DNA of 64,000 nucleotides from Minisyncoccota bacterium. Its GTDB lineage: Bacteria; Patescibacteriota; Minisyncoccia; Phycocordibacterales; UBA918. This document shows, piece after piece, positions 1-8,056 of the stretch; position 1 is the stretch's first letter, and each line of letters starts with the position of its first letter. The notes beneath the pieces were generated by a model, which saw only the letters and a list, made by a program, of their open reading frames with translations, was not told the origin of the DNA and did not search any database. The translations under genes were made by a program, and so were the position numbers. The stretch is taken from assembly GCA_041688155.1 (NCBI GenBank), contig JBDNIW010000003.1:95397-159396 (forward strand), read 5' to 3'.

Positions 1-700
1 CAGGGTCCTCTGATTCGATCATGGCTTTGATCTCGGCTGTCAGCGACGCGTCAGCGGTGATCTCGGTTAATGCTGTGACGTATTCCTCATCGGTGATTTT
101 GTCTTTGCGGTCATTGAGGCGAGTTATCGCCGTGACAGTACCAGCGTCAGTCACACCAAGCGCGGCGTAGGCGTGGTTCATAGTCGCTCGGTTATTGATG
201 AGGATTTCGAACATGTCTTCGGTGGCCCCAAAATCAAGAAAAATCTGGTGGGCAAGTTGGATGATTTCGACGTCGCTGGTGCAGTCGCTGGCGCCAAACA
301 TATCGACGTTCAGTTGCCAGTGTTCACGCAAACGTCCACGCTGCGCGCGTTCGTAGCGAAACAGGTTGGGGATAGAGTACCAACGCGCTGGCCACGCTAG
401 TTCTTTTGCTTTGCCAGCAATCATTCGCGCCACGGTCGGCGTCATCTCAGGCCTTAGGGTCACCTCGCGGTCACCCCGGTCGATAAAGGTATACGTCTGG
501 TCGTTGACCATTTCGGCATTTTCAGCGCCTTTGGCTTTGTACAGCGCTGCTGGTTCTAGCACCGAAGCATCGTACCGCTCATAGCCAAACCGCTCCGCGG
601 TCTCGCTCCAGGTATCAAATATATATTGCTGCACCGCCATAGAGGCCGGGTAAAAGTCGCGGACGCCTTTGTATGATTGGGTAGATAGTGGTTCTGACAT
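1..700 (-). CDS. hisS: histidyl-tRNA synthetase (5' part; runs off window start)
   Basis: Manual translation from ATG 700 gives MSEPLSTQSYKGVRDFYP...TYTFIDRGDREVTLRPEMTPTVAR...PNLFRYERAQRGRLREHWQLNVDMFG, which contains HisRS motifs. Not in the ORF track because it is truncated. Confidence 0.95.
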   Translation of the reverse strand, partial: MSEPLSTQSYKGVRDFYPASMAVQQYIFDTWSETAERFGYERYDASVLEPAALYKAKGAENAEMVNDQTYTFIDRGDREVTLRPEMTPTVARMIAGKAKELAWPARWYSIPNLFRYERAQRGRLREHWQLNVDMFGASDCTSDVEIIQLAHQIFLDFGATEDMFEILINNRATMNHAYAALGVTDAGTVTAITRLNDRKDKITDEEYVTALTEITADASLTAEIKAMIESEDP

Positions 701-760
701 AGAGGTGATTGTACGGGAATAGTGCCGGCGCAGCAAGAAAACCCCCGAGCGGATTTTGTA

Positions 761-1330
761 TTAACCATTGAGCTCGTCCGGCATGGCGTGCAGCTTTTCC
801 ATTCGCCTGTCCATGGCTTTTTGAATGGTAGCTTGCAGCCCGCGCGGGTCGGGGAGGCCAGTGGAATTGAAGTTGCTCTCGTGGGCGCCTGCGGTCTGGG
901 CTTTGAGCGTACCGAAATTAAGCAAGGTGGGGATGATGCCGGTGATTTTGAATTCGATATCTTGCATTCGCTCGAGGCGAAACACACTCACGTTGCGACT
1001 AAAAAAATGCACCTGGTCGACCAGTATAATCCGGCGGTCAGTCACCACCCATAGATCGAGGTAGTAGTGCGTCCAAATAGTGAATCCTCCCAGTAGCGAC
1101 AATAGTAGCCAAGCCGCCACTCCAAACCCAATCACGTTAGCGTATTCCAAGATGTTGAAATTAAGGGTAGAAAAGAAACCCTGGAACACCGCGAACCCAA
1201 TCAGCGCTATAAACGGCAGCAATACTAGAATAAATACTCCAAACAACTCAGCCATGATGACAAACCAGTGCTTACGGACCATGATGAGCACCTCTTCGTC
1301 TGGATCAAGTTGGATTTTTTCGAACAACAT
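761..1330 (-). CDS. bacterial PH-domain (bPH_2-like) membrane protein
   Basis: Two TM segments followed by WVVTDRRIILVDQ..FFSRNVS..RLERMQDI...LLNFGTLKAQTAG. Confidence 0.8.
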   Translation of the reverse strand: MLFEKIQLDPDEEVLIMVRKHWFVIMAELFGVFILVLLPFIALIGFAVFQGFFSTLNFNILEYANVIGFGVAAWLLLSLLGGFTIWTHYYLDLWVVTDRRIILVDQVHFFSRNVSVFRLERMQDIEFKITGIIPTLLNFGTLKAQTAGAHESNFNSTGLPDPRGLQATIQKAMDRRMEKLHAMPDELNG

Positions 1331-1333
1331 ATA

Positions 1334-1576
1334 TTAGAAAGTAAGCGTCAGACCTGCCATGACGAGAAACAGTGGGAGTGTCGTCGCGGCGTAAGTGACA
1401 AACGTGATCCAAGTCACGGCAGTGTTGACGCCGTATTGTTGCCAGTGATAATAAAAAATCGCCGAGTAGATGACATAGATCCCGGTTGCGAGCAGGAACA
1501 GCAGTAGCATCACGTCAGGCAGTGACATAAATTCACCCAGTGTCTCGGTGAGGTTGATGGTCGGCTCGGTCGGCAT
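1334..1576 (-). CDS. small hypothetical membrane protein (2 TM)
   Basis: 80-aa hydrophobic ORF packed between prmC and the bPH gene; TGG-TACAAT lies 6 nt before its ATG. Confidence 0.7.
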   Translation of the reverse strand: MPTEPTINLTETLGEFMSLPDVMLLLFLLATGIYVIYSAIFYYHWQQYGVNTAVTWITFVTYAATTLPLFLVMAGLTLTF

Positions 1577-1580
1577 GAGA

Positions 1581-2390
1581 TTATTGTACCACTAGAATGG
1601 AATAACGAAGGACGCCGTACTGGTCAGCGTGGCTCGTGCAATTGAATCCGCTATCAGCGGCTAGTTTATTGATGTGGTTGACTTGCTCTGGTTCGTGCTC
1701 AATCCACAGCTGGCCCGTTGGAGTGAGGTGGTCCTTGGCGGTTGCGATTATCTGCCCAATTATTTCCAGGCCGTCCACACCACCATAGAGCGCCAGGTGC
1801 GGTTCGTGTGATTTGACCGACTCGGTTGCGCGGTCAACCTCCGGGTCGATGTATGGTGGGTTGCTGAGGATAAAATCGTATCTGGCGTCGGTTGGGATGC
1901 CGGCAAACAAATTGGAATGATAGATATGGTAGCGCGATTGTTCGATGTGATTTTCGAGACAATTCTTGTTGATAGTGGGAATGAGTCGTACGCTGAGTTC
2001 GACAAAATCCACTTGGACTGCAGGCAAAGCCTTGGCCACAGCGACCCCGATGCAGCCACTGCCAGCACAAAGGTCGAGGATGCTGGTGGTAGGGTGAGGG
2101 TCAGTCAGCTGCACAGCAGCTGACTGACCCTCACCAGCAGACAAAGCCGGTTGGACTGCTTGGTGTTCCTTGATTGCCACAACCGCTTGTTCCACCCAAT
2201 ACTCAGTCTCCACCCGCGGCACCAACGGCTGAGCGTCTAGCCAAATAGTACAATCCAAAAACGGCACCTGCCCAATCAGGTACCCCAGCGGCGTCCCCAG
2301 CGCCAAAGCCTTGCAGTCAGCATAAAACTCCGCAGTTTTCACACTGCCGTATTTCTCCGCAAGCAACCACTGTTCTTCTTGACTTTTCAT
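1581..2390 (-). CDS. prmC: release factor glutamine methyltransferase PrmC/HemK, carrying an in-frame palindromic insert
   Basis: Motifs PLGYLIG, LVPRVETE, ILDLCAGSGCIG, SNPPY and EPHLALYGG. Confidence 0.92.
   Translation of the reverse strand: MKSQEEQWLLAEKYGSVKTAEFYADCKALALGTPLGYLIGQVPFLDCTIWLDAQPLVPRVETEYWVEQAVVAIKEHQAVQPALSAGEGQSAAVQLTDPHPTTSILDLCAGSGCIGVAVAKALPAVQVDFVELSVRLIPTINKNCLENHIEQSRYHIYHSNLFAGIPTDARYDFILSNPPYIDPEVDRATESVKSHEPHLALYGGVDGLEIIGQIIATAKDHLTPTGQLWIEHEPEQVNHINKLAADSGFNCTSHADQYGVLRYSILVVQ
2093..2135. repeat. perfect inverted repeat (20-bp arms, 3-nt loop) inside the prmC coding sequence
   Basis: GGTGAGGGTCAGTCAGCTGC-ACA-GCAGCTGACTGACCCTCACC. Confidence 0.95.
2359..2390 (-). 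repeat. 32-bp direct repeat of the prmC 5' end, copy 1 (functional start)
   Basis: gcaagcaaccactgttcttcttgacttttcat; matches 3282-3313 at 30/32 positions. Confidence 0.9.
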
Positions 2391-2404
2391 AGAATTACTG
2401 CAAT

Positions 2405-2707
2405 ATGAGCGAGAATAGAAGTTCTGTCAAGCTTGAAGGGAAAGGTTGTGAAAAACATTACTATGAACGAAATTCACTCCGCATTAGCTGGGCAGAACAT
2501 CGTACATTCAAAGAGGCTGCTCAATCTCTTTCAGTTTCACCTCCGTGTTTTACTCGATGTATAAAAGATGCGGACCAAAAACTAGGATTGAACCTATTTA
2601 TAATGTCGCCTCTGCCAGTAAGTCTGAATCCAGATTACGAGCATGTTTTCCAATTGTTTAAAGAAATTGATCAAGCGTACGTTAAACTTAATCAACTGTC
2701 GAAATAA
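2405..2707 (+). CDS. stand-alone LysR-type helix-turn-helix protein
   Basis: TFKEAAQSLSVSPPCFTRCIKDADQKLGLNLF resembles the LysR HTH_1 domain; no effector domain; followed by a terminator. Confidence 0.6.
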   Translation: MSENRSSVKLEGKGCEKHYYERNSLRISWAEHRTFKEAAQSLSVSPPCFTRCIKDADQKLGLNLFIMSPLPVSLNPDYEHVFQLFKEIDQAYVKLNQLSK

Positions 2708-2714
2708 TTACATT

Positions 2715-2743
2715 CGCGCGGCATCCATCGCGCGGCTTTTTTT
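2715..2743 (+). terminator. intrinsic terminator
   Basis: cgcgcgg-catcc-atcgcgcg hairpin plus U-tract; similar to 3481-3519. Confidence 0.65.
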
Positions 2744-2760
2744 GTTTGGCTCACTTGTCC

Positions 2761-3027
2761 CTACAAATACACATCATGATCGCCAACCGCAATCAGCCGG
2801 ACTGTCTGATCATCAACATACGCAAATATAACTCGGTGCGAGTAGGTGACGGAAAAACTATTTAAACCCTTGAGACTACCTTTGAGTTTGTGGACACGTA
2901 AACGTTCGTGGTTGGCTGGGTCGCGGAACAGCTCGATTTTCTCCAGCGCCTCAATGATCACCACCACCGGCAACTTCTTGAGCTCCCGCACAAAAGACGG
3001 TTTGTATTTAAAGCTGAGCTTAGTCAA
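2761..3027 (-). CDS. RelE/YafQ-family type II toxin
   Basis: 88 aa; YKPSFVRELKKL...LRVHKLKGSLKGLNSFSVTYSHRVIF...LIAVGDHDVY; overlaps the upstream antitoxin. Confidence 0.85.
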   Translation of the reverse strand: MTKLSFKYKPSFVRELKKLPVVVIIEALEKIELFRDPANHERLRVHKLKGSLKGLNSFSVTYSHRVIFAYVDDQTVRLIAVGDHDVYL

Positions 3028-3226
3028 TTTGCTTCATTAACTCTCGCAAATCACCAGTCAGATCAGGTTCCTGCATCGCGCGCAAGATGTCTGCGACAGC
3101 CTTGTCTTCACGGTACTTTTTCAGTGCTTGGCGCATAATGTCAGCCTTGGAAAGCCCACTTTCAGCCGCATGTTCAACGACAAATTTTTCAAGTTCAGGG
3201 GTGAGGGGAACAGAGAGGGTAGACAT
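3020..3226 (-). CDS. ribbon-helix-helix (CopG-like) antitoxin
   Basis: MSTLSVPLTPELEKFV...SKADIMRQALKKY; 8-nt overlap with the toxin. Confidence 0.8.
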   Translation of the reverse strand: MSTLSVPLTPELEKFVVEHAAESGLSKADIMRQALKKYREDKAVADILRAMQEPDLTGDLRELMKQID

Positions 3227-3281
3227 ACAAATACCTATGATAATTTAATATGTCTTTATCATATCATAGTGGTAGGAGGTG

Positions 3282-3313
3282 GCAAGAAGCCACTGTTCTT
3301 CTTGACTTTTCAT
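3282..3313 (-). repeat. 32-bp direct repeat of the prmC 5' end, copy 2 (orphan start)
   Basis: Reads MKSQEEQWLLA and then diverges (TSYHYDMIKTY*). Confidence 0.9.
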
Positions 3314-3480
3314 CATCAAGTTGTATTTGGTTCGCAGCATTATTGTTTGGCGTTGTTGGTATAAAAGGTGCTTTCTTGATTGAACGTATTGTAACCCTGT
3401 TGCAGGGTGACATAATTGTTGTTGGAAATATGGGGCAGTGGGGACCCTCCAGTCGTATCACAGAAACGTACAGATAGTTT

Positions 3481-3519
3481 AGTCGCGCGGTTGATCTTTT
3501 TCAATCGCGCGGCTTTTTT
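3481..3519 (+). terminator. intrinsic terminator
   Basis: agtcgcgcggttga/tcaatcgcgcggct stem plus U-tract. Confidence 0.6.
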
Positions 3520-3636
3520 AAATGAAAAAACGAGCGTAGCGACTATTTTGAATTTATGTCCCAATTCTGGCTTTTGACCCAGACAGAATTGCTGGACCTT
3601 TTTTCTTACTTACTATCGGGTGTATACTGCAAACCT

Positions 3637-4392
3637 ATGTCTACACCGATGCTGGAGATCAAAAACCTCACCAAGGTTTATGGAAAGGGGAAAGATGCCA
3701 AGACCGCAGTCCGTGACCTGTCGCTGACGGTCAAGCGGGGGGCGTTTTATGGGCTGCTTGGGCCTAACGGGGCGGGGAAGTCGACGGTGATCCATTGCAT
3801 CACGGGGATTGCGCAGCCAACCAACGGAACCATTACCGTTGATGGCATCGATGTAGTAAAGGACTATCGGCAAGCGCGGACCAAAGTTGGCCTGTCACCG
3901 CAAGAGTTCAACGTCGATATATTTGCGACGCCGGCCCAACTGATGGATTATATGGGTGGCTATTACAAAATCCCTGCGGCAGTGCGAGCCGAGCGGATCG
4001 AACGGTTGATCGAACGGTTTGATTTGCAGGAGCACCGCGATGTGAAATTCCAGAAATTATCCGGTGGACTCAAACGCCGGGCGATGCTCGGGCGGGCGCT
4101 GATTCACACCCCAGACCTATTGATCCTCGACGAGCCAACCGCTGGGGTAGATGTCGAGCAGCGCAAAGACCTGTGGGCGTACCTCAAAGAGATGAACGAA
4201 CGTGGCAAAACCATCATCCTCACCTCGCACTACCTCGAAGAAATCGAATATCTCTGCAAAGAAATTGCGATTATCAACCACGGGAAAATTGTCGCGCAAG
4301 GGACTAAAGCTGAGTTTATGAAAGGAGGCAAGTCGGTGGAGGAGGCGTATCTAGAGATTACGAGAGCCGATAATGACCAAGCTGCTACGTAA
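3637..4392 (+). CDS. ABC-2 type transporter ATP-binding protein (YadG-like)
   Basis: Walker A GPNGAGKS, signature LSGG, Walker B LLILDEPT and H-loop; start moved to ATG 3637. Confidence 0.92.
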   Translation: MSTPMLEIKNLTKVYGKGKDAKTAVRDLSLTVKRGAFYGLLGPNGAGKSTVIHCITGIAQPTNGTITVDGIDVVKDYRQARTKVGLSPQEFNVDIFATPAQLMDYMGGYYKIPAAVRAERIERLIERFDLQEHRDVKFQKLSGGLKRRAMLGRALIHTPDLLILDEPTAGVDVEQRKDLWAYLKEMNERGKTIILTSHYLEEIEYLCKEIAIINHGKIVAQGTKAEFMKGGKSVEEAYLEITRADNDQAAT

Positions 4393-4461
4393 TTTTTAGG
4401 GGCGCTCGAGGCCGCTAGGCCATGATGTACCCCTAAAAATCACGCACCAGCTTACTCACTA
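4371..4461. repeat. nested fold-back element overlapping the ABC ATPase stop codon
   Basis: aagctg/cagctt, cgtaatttttagggg/cccctaaaaatcacg and core ggcc-gcta-ggcc. Confidence 0.8.
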
Positions 4462-4505
4462 TCTGTTACCATGTGTTGCAAGATCAGCACCCTAACTATT
4501 TTTAT

Positions 4506-5267
4506 ATGAACACAATTGGACTCTACACAATGTTTCGCCGCGAGGTACAGCGGACTATGCGGGTGGCGATACAGACGCTAATCGCGCCGGTGGTAGCCGC
4601 GGCGCTGTACATATTTATTTTTGGGTCAGTCATCGGAACCAAGATTGATGACTTTGCTGGCGTGCCGTACATCTCGTTCGTGTTCCCGGGGATTTTGATG
4701 CTGTCGATAATTAACGCCTCGTTTGCGAGTGCGTCTTCCAGTCTCTATTTTATGCGCTTTACCCGCGGGATTGAAGAAATCCTCATCTCACCGTTTTCGT
4801 ACTTGGAAATGCTGCTGGGGTTTGTGGGTGGCGCTATCGTGCGGGCGCTGATGGTGGCAGGGTTGGTTCTGGGGGTTGGGTTGGCGTTTGGGGCGGTGCA
4901 GTTGCAGCACCCGCTGGCATTTGTGGGGTATGTGTCGATGATTGCGGCGATTTTTGCCATGCTGGGGATTATTGTGGCGCTGTGGGCCGAAGGGTTCGAG
5001 CAGTTGCAGTCGCTCAATACGTTTGTGATTACACCGCTCACGTACCTCGGGGGGATTTTCTACAGCATCACCATGCTGCCGTCGCTGGCGGCTAGTATCA
5101 CTATGTACAATCCATTTTTCTATTTTGCCGATGGTATCCGCAGCAGCATGATTGGGTATAGCGAAGCTAATTCGGCCGTGGGGCTAGCGGTCACGCTGGG
5201 GTTAGTGCTGGCACTTGGGTTACTTGTCATCCGTCTTTTCCAAACAGGGTGGAAAATTCGGTCGTAA
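4506..5267 (+). CDS. ABC-2 type transporter permease (YadH-like)
   Basis: About 6 TM; REVQR, FVFPG, TPLTYLGGIFYSI and NPFFY motifs; start ATG 4506. Confidence 0.9.
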   Translation: MNTIGLYTMFRREVQRTMRVAIQTLIAPVVAAALYIFIFGSVIGTKIDDFAGVPYISFVFPGILMLSIINASFASASSSLYFMRFTRGIEEILISPFSYLEMLLGFVGGAIVRALMVAGLVLGVGLAFGAVQLQHPLAFVGYVSMIAAIFAMLGIIVALWAEGFEQLQSLNTFVITPLTYLGGIFYSITMLPSLAASITMYNPFFYFADGIRSSMIGYSEANSAVGLAVTLGLVLALGLLVIRLFQTGWKIRS

Positions 5268-5289
5268 TAAATTACACCACCTCATCCAC

Positions 5290-5320
5290 ACAGCCCGCTG
5301 AGTTTTGCTCGGCGGGCTGT
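5290..5320. terminator. hairpin terminator after the permease
   Basis: acagcccgctgag-ttttg-ctcggcgggctgt. Confidence 0.65.
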
Positions 5321-5332
5321 TATTATTCAGGT

Positions 5333-6334
5333 ATGAAAAACAATACTAAATTATACGAAACTGCCGCGGCGCTGTTGGCTAGCGGTAAGGGGATTTTAGC
5401 AGCGGACGAAAGTGACGGGACGGCTGGCAAGCGGCTAGAGCGAGTGCACCTTGAGAATACGCCCGAGAACCGGCAGGATTTCCGCGAGATATTATTTACC
5501 GCCGACGGCATTGAGCAGTACATCTCAGGGGTGATCATGTACGACTCGTCAATCCGCAACACTACCGACGACGGCACACCGTTCCCGGACGTGCTCGTAG
5601 CCAAGGGTATCATCCCGGGGATCAAAGTCGACACTGGCGTCAACGACCACCAAGGGTTCAAAGGGGAAGTTATCACCCAGGGTCTCGATGATCTCGCCGA
5701 CCGACTGGCTGAGTATTACTCGATGGGGGCGCGGTTTGCCAAATGGCGGATGGTAGTCGACATTGACGGCGACGACACTCCGACCTACGAGACGGTCAAA
5801 ATGAACTGTATCCAGATGACCCGCTACGCGCAGCTGTGTCAGGCTGCCGGCATCGTCCCGATTGTCGAGCCGGAAGTCATCCACGCTGGTGACCACTCGC
5901 TCCAGAAAGCGGAAATCGAAACCACTCGCACCCTGCAGATCCTTTTCCAGACCCTACAAGAATACCGCGTGGACCTCGCCGGACTGATCCTCAAATCATC
6001 AATGGTCCTCGCTGGAGACAAATACGCCGAGCAAACGTCAGCCCAAGAAGTGGCGCAAGCCACTCTGCGCACCTTCCACATGAGCGTGCCACATGAGACA
6101 GCCGGGATTGTGTTCCTATCAGGTGGACAGTCACCCGAACGGTCAGCAGAAAACCTTGATGCAATAGCAAAAATGGGACAGCAACCATGGCCAGTCACGT
6201 TTTCATTCTCTCGCGCGCTTGAGCAACCGGTACTCGATGCCTGGGGCGGTAAACCAGAGAACGTCGATGCGGCCAAAGCCTCCATGCTCGAAGTGGTCAA
6301 GCGAAACAGCGCCGCCAGCCTCGGACAGCTCTAA
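5333..6334 (+). CDS. fba: class I (eukaryote-type) fructose-bisphosphate aldolase
   Basis: GKGILAADES, PGIKVD, GARFAKWR, IVPIVEPEV, LK.SMV (Schiff-base Lys), FLSGGQS and FSFSRAL. Confidence 0.93.
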   Translation: MKNNTKLYETAAALLASGKGILAADESDGTAGKRLERVHLENTPENRQDFREILFTADGIEQYISGVIMYDSSIRNTTDDGTPFPDVLVAKGIIPGIKVDTGVNDHQGFKGEVITQGLDDLADRLAEYYSMGARFAKWRMVVDIDGDDTPTYETVKMNCIQMTRYAQLCQAAGIVPIVEPEVIHAGDHSLQKAEIETTRTLQILFQTLQEYRVDLAGLILKSSMVLAGDKYAEQTSAQEVAQATLRTFHMSVPHETAGIVFLSGGQSPERSAENLDAIAKMGQQPWPVTFSFSRALEQPVLDAWGGKPENVDAAKASMLEVVKRNSAASLGQL

Positions 6335-6339
6335 ACAGG

Positions 6340-6378
6340 CCTAATCCCGCAGATTACCCGGCAATCTGCGGGATTAGG
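6340..6378. repeat. REP-like palindrome, family A copy 1
   Basis: CCTAATCCCGCAGATT-N7-AATCTGCGGGATTAGG; the same arms occur at 33405-33443. Confidence 0.92.
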
Positions 6379-6422
6379 TACTCTAGGTATACCGTAAAAT
6401 CGCTCTAACCCTAGGGTCGGAC

Positions 6423-6499
6423 ACGTACAGGAGAGATAAACCAAAACCGCACCCTAGGGTGCGGTTTTGGTTGGTCTGGTCTTTATTTCTTCTGAACGT
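6423..6499. repeat. 34-bp perfect palindrome (6439-6472) inside a larger inverted repeat reaching into rpmG; probable bidirectional terminator
   Basis: aaccaaaaccgcaccct|agggtgcggttttggtt; 6423-6440 pairs at 15/18 with the rpmG 3' end. Confidence 0.85.
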
Positions 6500-6662
6500 A
6501 CAGACAGTGCTTTTGGGCTACTGGGTTGAATTTGGTTTCTTGGTGCTTTTTGCTTGGGTCTTTTTTGTTTTTGTTGTTAAACCGCGTGTAGTACACGTGA
6601 CCCTTACCGATGCCGGTCGCATCGCCTTTTGAAACCATCTTGATGAGTAAATCTTGTGACAT
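6483..6662 (-). CDS. rpmG: 50S ribosomal protein L33 (59 aa, no zinc-ribbon CxxC; below the ORF-track cutoff)
   Basis: MSQDLLIKMVSKGDATGIGKGHVYYTRFNNKNKKDPSKKHQETKFNPVAQKHCLYVQKK shows the L33 pattern GH.Y.T..N....K.....KF.P...KH..Y. Confidence 0.88.
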   Translation of the reverse strand: MSQDLLIKMVSKGDATGIGKGHVYYTRFNNKNKKDPSKKHQETKFNPVAQKHCLYVQKK

Positions 6663-6827
6663 AGTGGGCTAATACTAGCAAACCGCTGAAAAATGTCAAT
6701 CAGACTACTTGCGTCTAAAGGCAATCAACAGTATTTGATGGCTTTACAAAGGTTGGCTTTTGCATCGTGCTAGTATGAAGGCATTGTCGGACTTTCAGGT
6801 AGATTGCTGATCCGATAACTTTTGATA

Positions 6828-8054
6828 ATGAAAGTTCTTACCTTCAGTTGGGAGTATCCTCCAGCCAAAAACGGCGGCCTTGGAGTCGCCTGCTTTGGTT
6901 TAACGCGCGAACTACTACACGACGGTGTGGAGGTGACCTTGGTGTTACCGAAAACCCAAGTCATTAAGGGTGACGTGCGGGTGTTGTTTGCGGATACTGA
7001 ACGCCTGGTGCGGATGAGTGAATATGAGCAGTCGTTCCCTGGACCCTATCACCACGCTACAACGATGGTTGACTCAGTTATCGGGTACGATGCTACCGGC
7101 AAACCAATTCTCCGGTCACGAACGATTCTCGAAGAAGCCCATCGCTTTGCCCACCAAGCAGCCGTCATTGCTCGTATGGAGCAGTTTGACGTGATACACG
7201 CTCACGACTGGACTTCGTATCTGGCTGGAGTTGCAGCCAAGATTGCTAGTGGTAAGCCATTGGTATTGCACGTACATGCCACATCATTTGATCAGGCGGC
7301 TGGTGACAACGTCGATCCGAGCATGCATCAAATTGAGCTCGAAGGGTTCGCCATGGCCGACCGGGTAGTGGCGGTAAGTAATTTCACCCGCAACATGCTG
7401 ATCAACAAACACGGCGTGCAGCCCGACAAAATCGAGGTGGTACACAACGGCTGCGATGCGGAAGAGGTAATCGTGCTTGAGCCAACCCTCCAAGCGCTAC
7501 GCGACCAAGGCAAGAAAATCGTTCTCTATCACGGCCGCATTAGTATCCAAAAAGGGGTTGATTATTTTGTGCATGCCGCCAGACGGGTGGTCGATGTCGA
7601 CCCGAACGTGGTGTTTGTTATCTCAGGCTGGGGCGACATGATAAAACAGGTTATCCACCAAGTGGGTGAGATGGGACTATCAGAACATGTCCGGTTCGCC
7701 GGGGCCACTTGGGAGCAGGAGCGTGACCGGCTGTATCAGAGTGTTGATTTGTTTGTGATGCCGTCGGTGTCGGAGCCATTTGGGTTGGTGCCGCTCGAAG
7801 CGCTGCAGCACGGGACCCCTTCAATCATTACCAAACAGTCCGGCGTGGCCGAAGTCCTCACCCACGCCCTCAAAGTTGATTTTTGGGATGTGGACCAGAT
7901 GGCCAACCAAATCTTGTCCGCGTTGCGCTACCCAGTTATGGGCGAGCAGATTGTCAAAGAAGGTAGGTTGCAGCTGTTGGGTCTGTCGTGGCAAAAAGCC
8001 GCCGCCAAGATGGCTGCTCTCTATCGTAATCTGCTACAATACGCAACATCATAA
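6828..8054 (+). CDS. GT4 glycosyltransferase (archaeal glycogen-synthase-like)
   Basis: WEYPP..NGGLG, IHAHDW, HVHAT and SVSEPFGLVPLEA (EX7E). Confidence 0.9.
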   Translation: MKVLTFSWEYPPAKNGGLGVACFGLTRELLHDGVEVTLVLPKTQVIKGDVRVLFADTERLVRMSEYEQSFPGPYHHATTMVDSVIGYDATGKPILRSRTILEEAHRFAHQAAVIARMEQFDVIHAHDWTSYLAGVAAKIASGKPLVLHVHATSFDQAAGDNVDPSMHQIELEGFAMADRVVAVSNFTRNMLINKHGVQPDKIEVVHNGCDAEEVIVLEPTLQALRDQGKKIVLYHGRISIQKGVDYFVHAARRVVDVDPNVVFVISGWGDMIKQVIHQVGEMGLSEHVRFAGATWEQERDRLYQSVDLFVMPSVSEPFGLVPLEALQHGTPSIITKQSGVAEVLTHALKVDFWDVDQMANQILSALRYPVMGEQIVKEGRLQLLGLSWQKAAAKMAALYRNLLQYATS

Positions 8055-8056
8055 CT

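Noticed and set aside
3250-3564. Short overlapping ORFs between the TA pair and the ABC ATPase
   Set aside because: No recognisable motif, they conflict with each other and span the prmC repeat; 3250-3477 could be a remnant but is unsupported.
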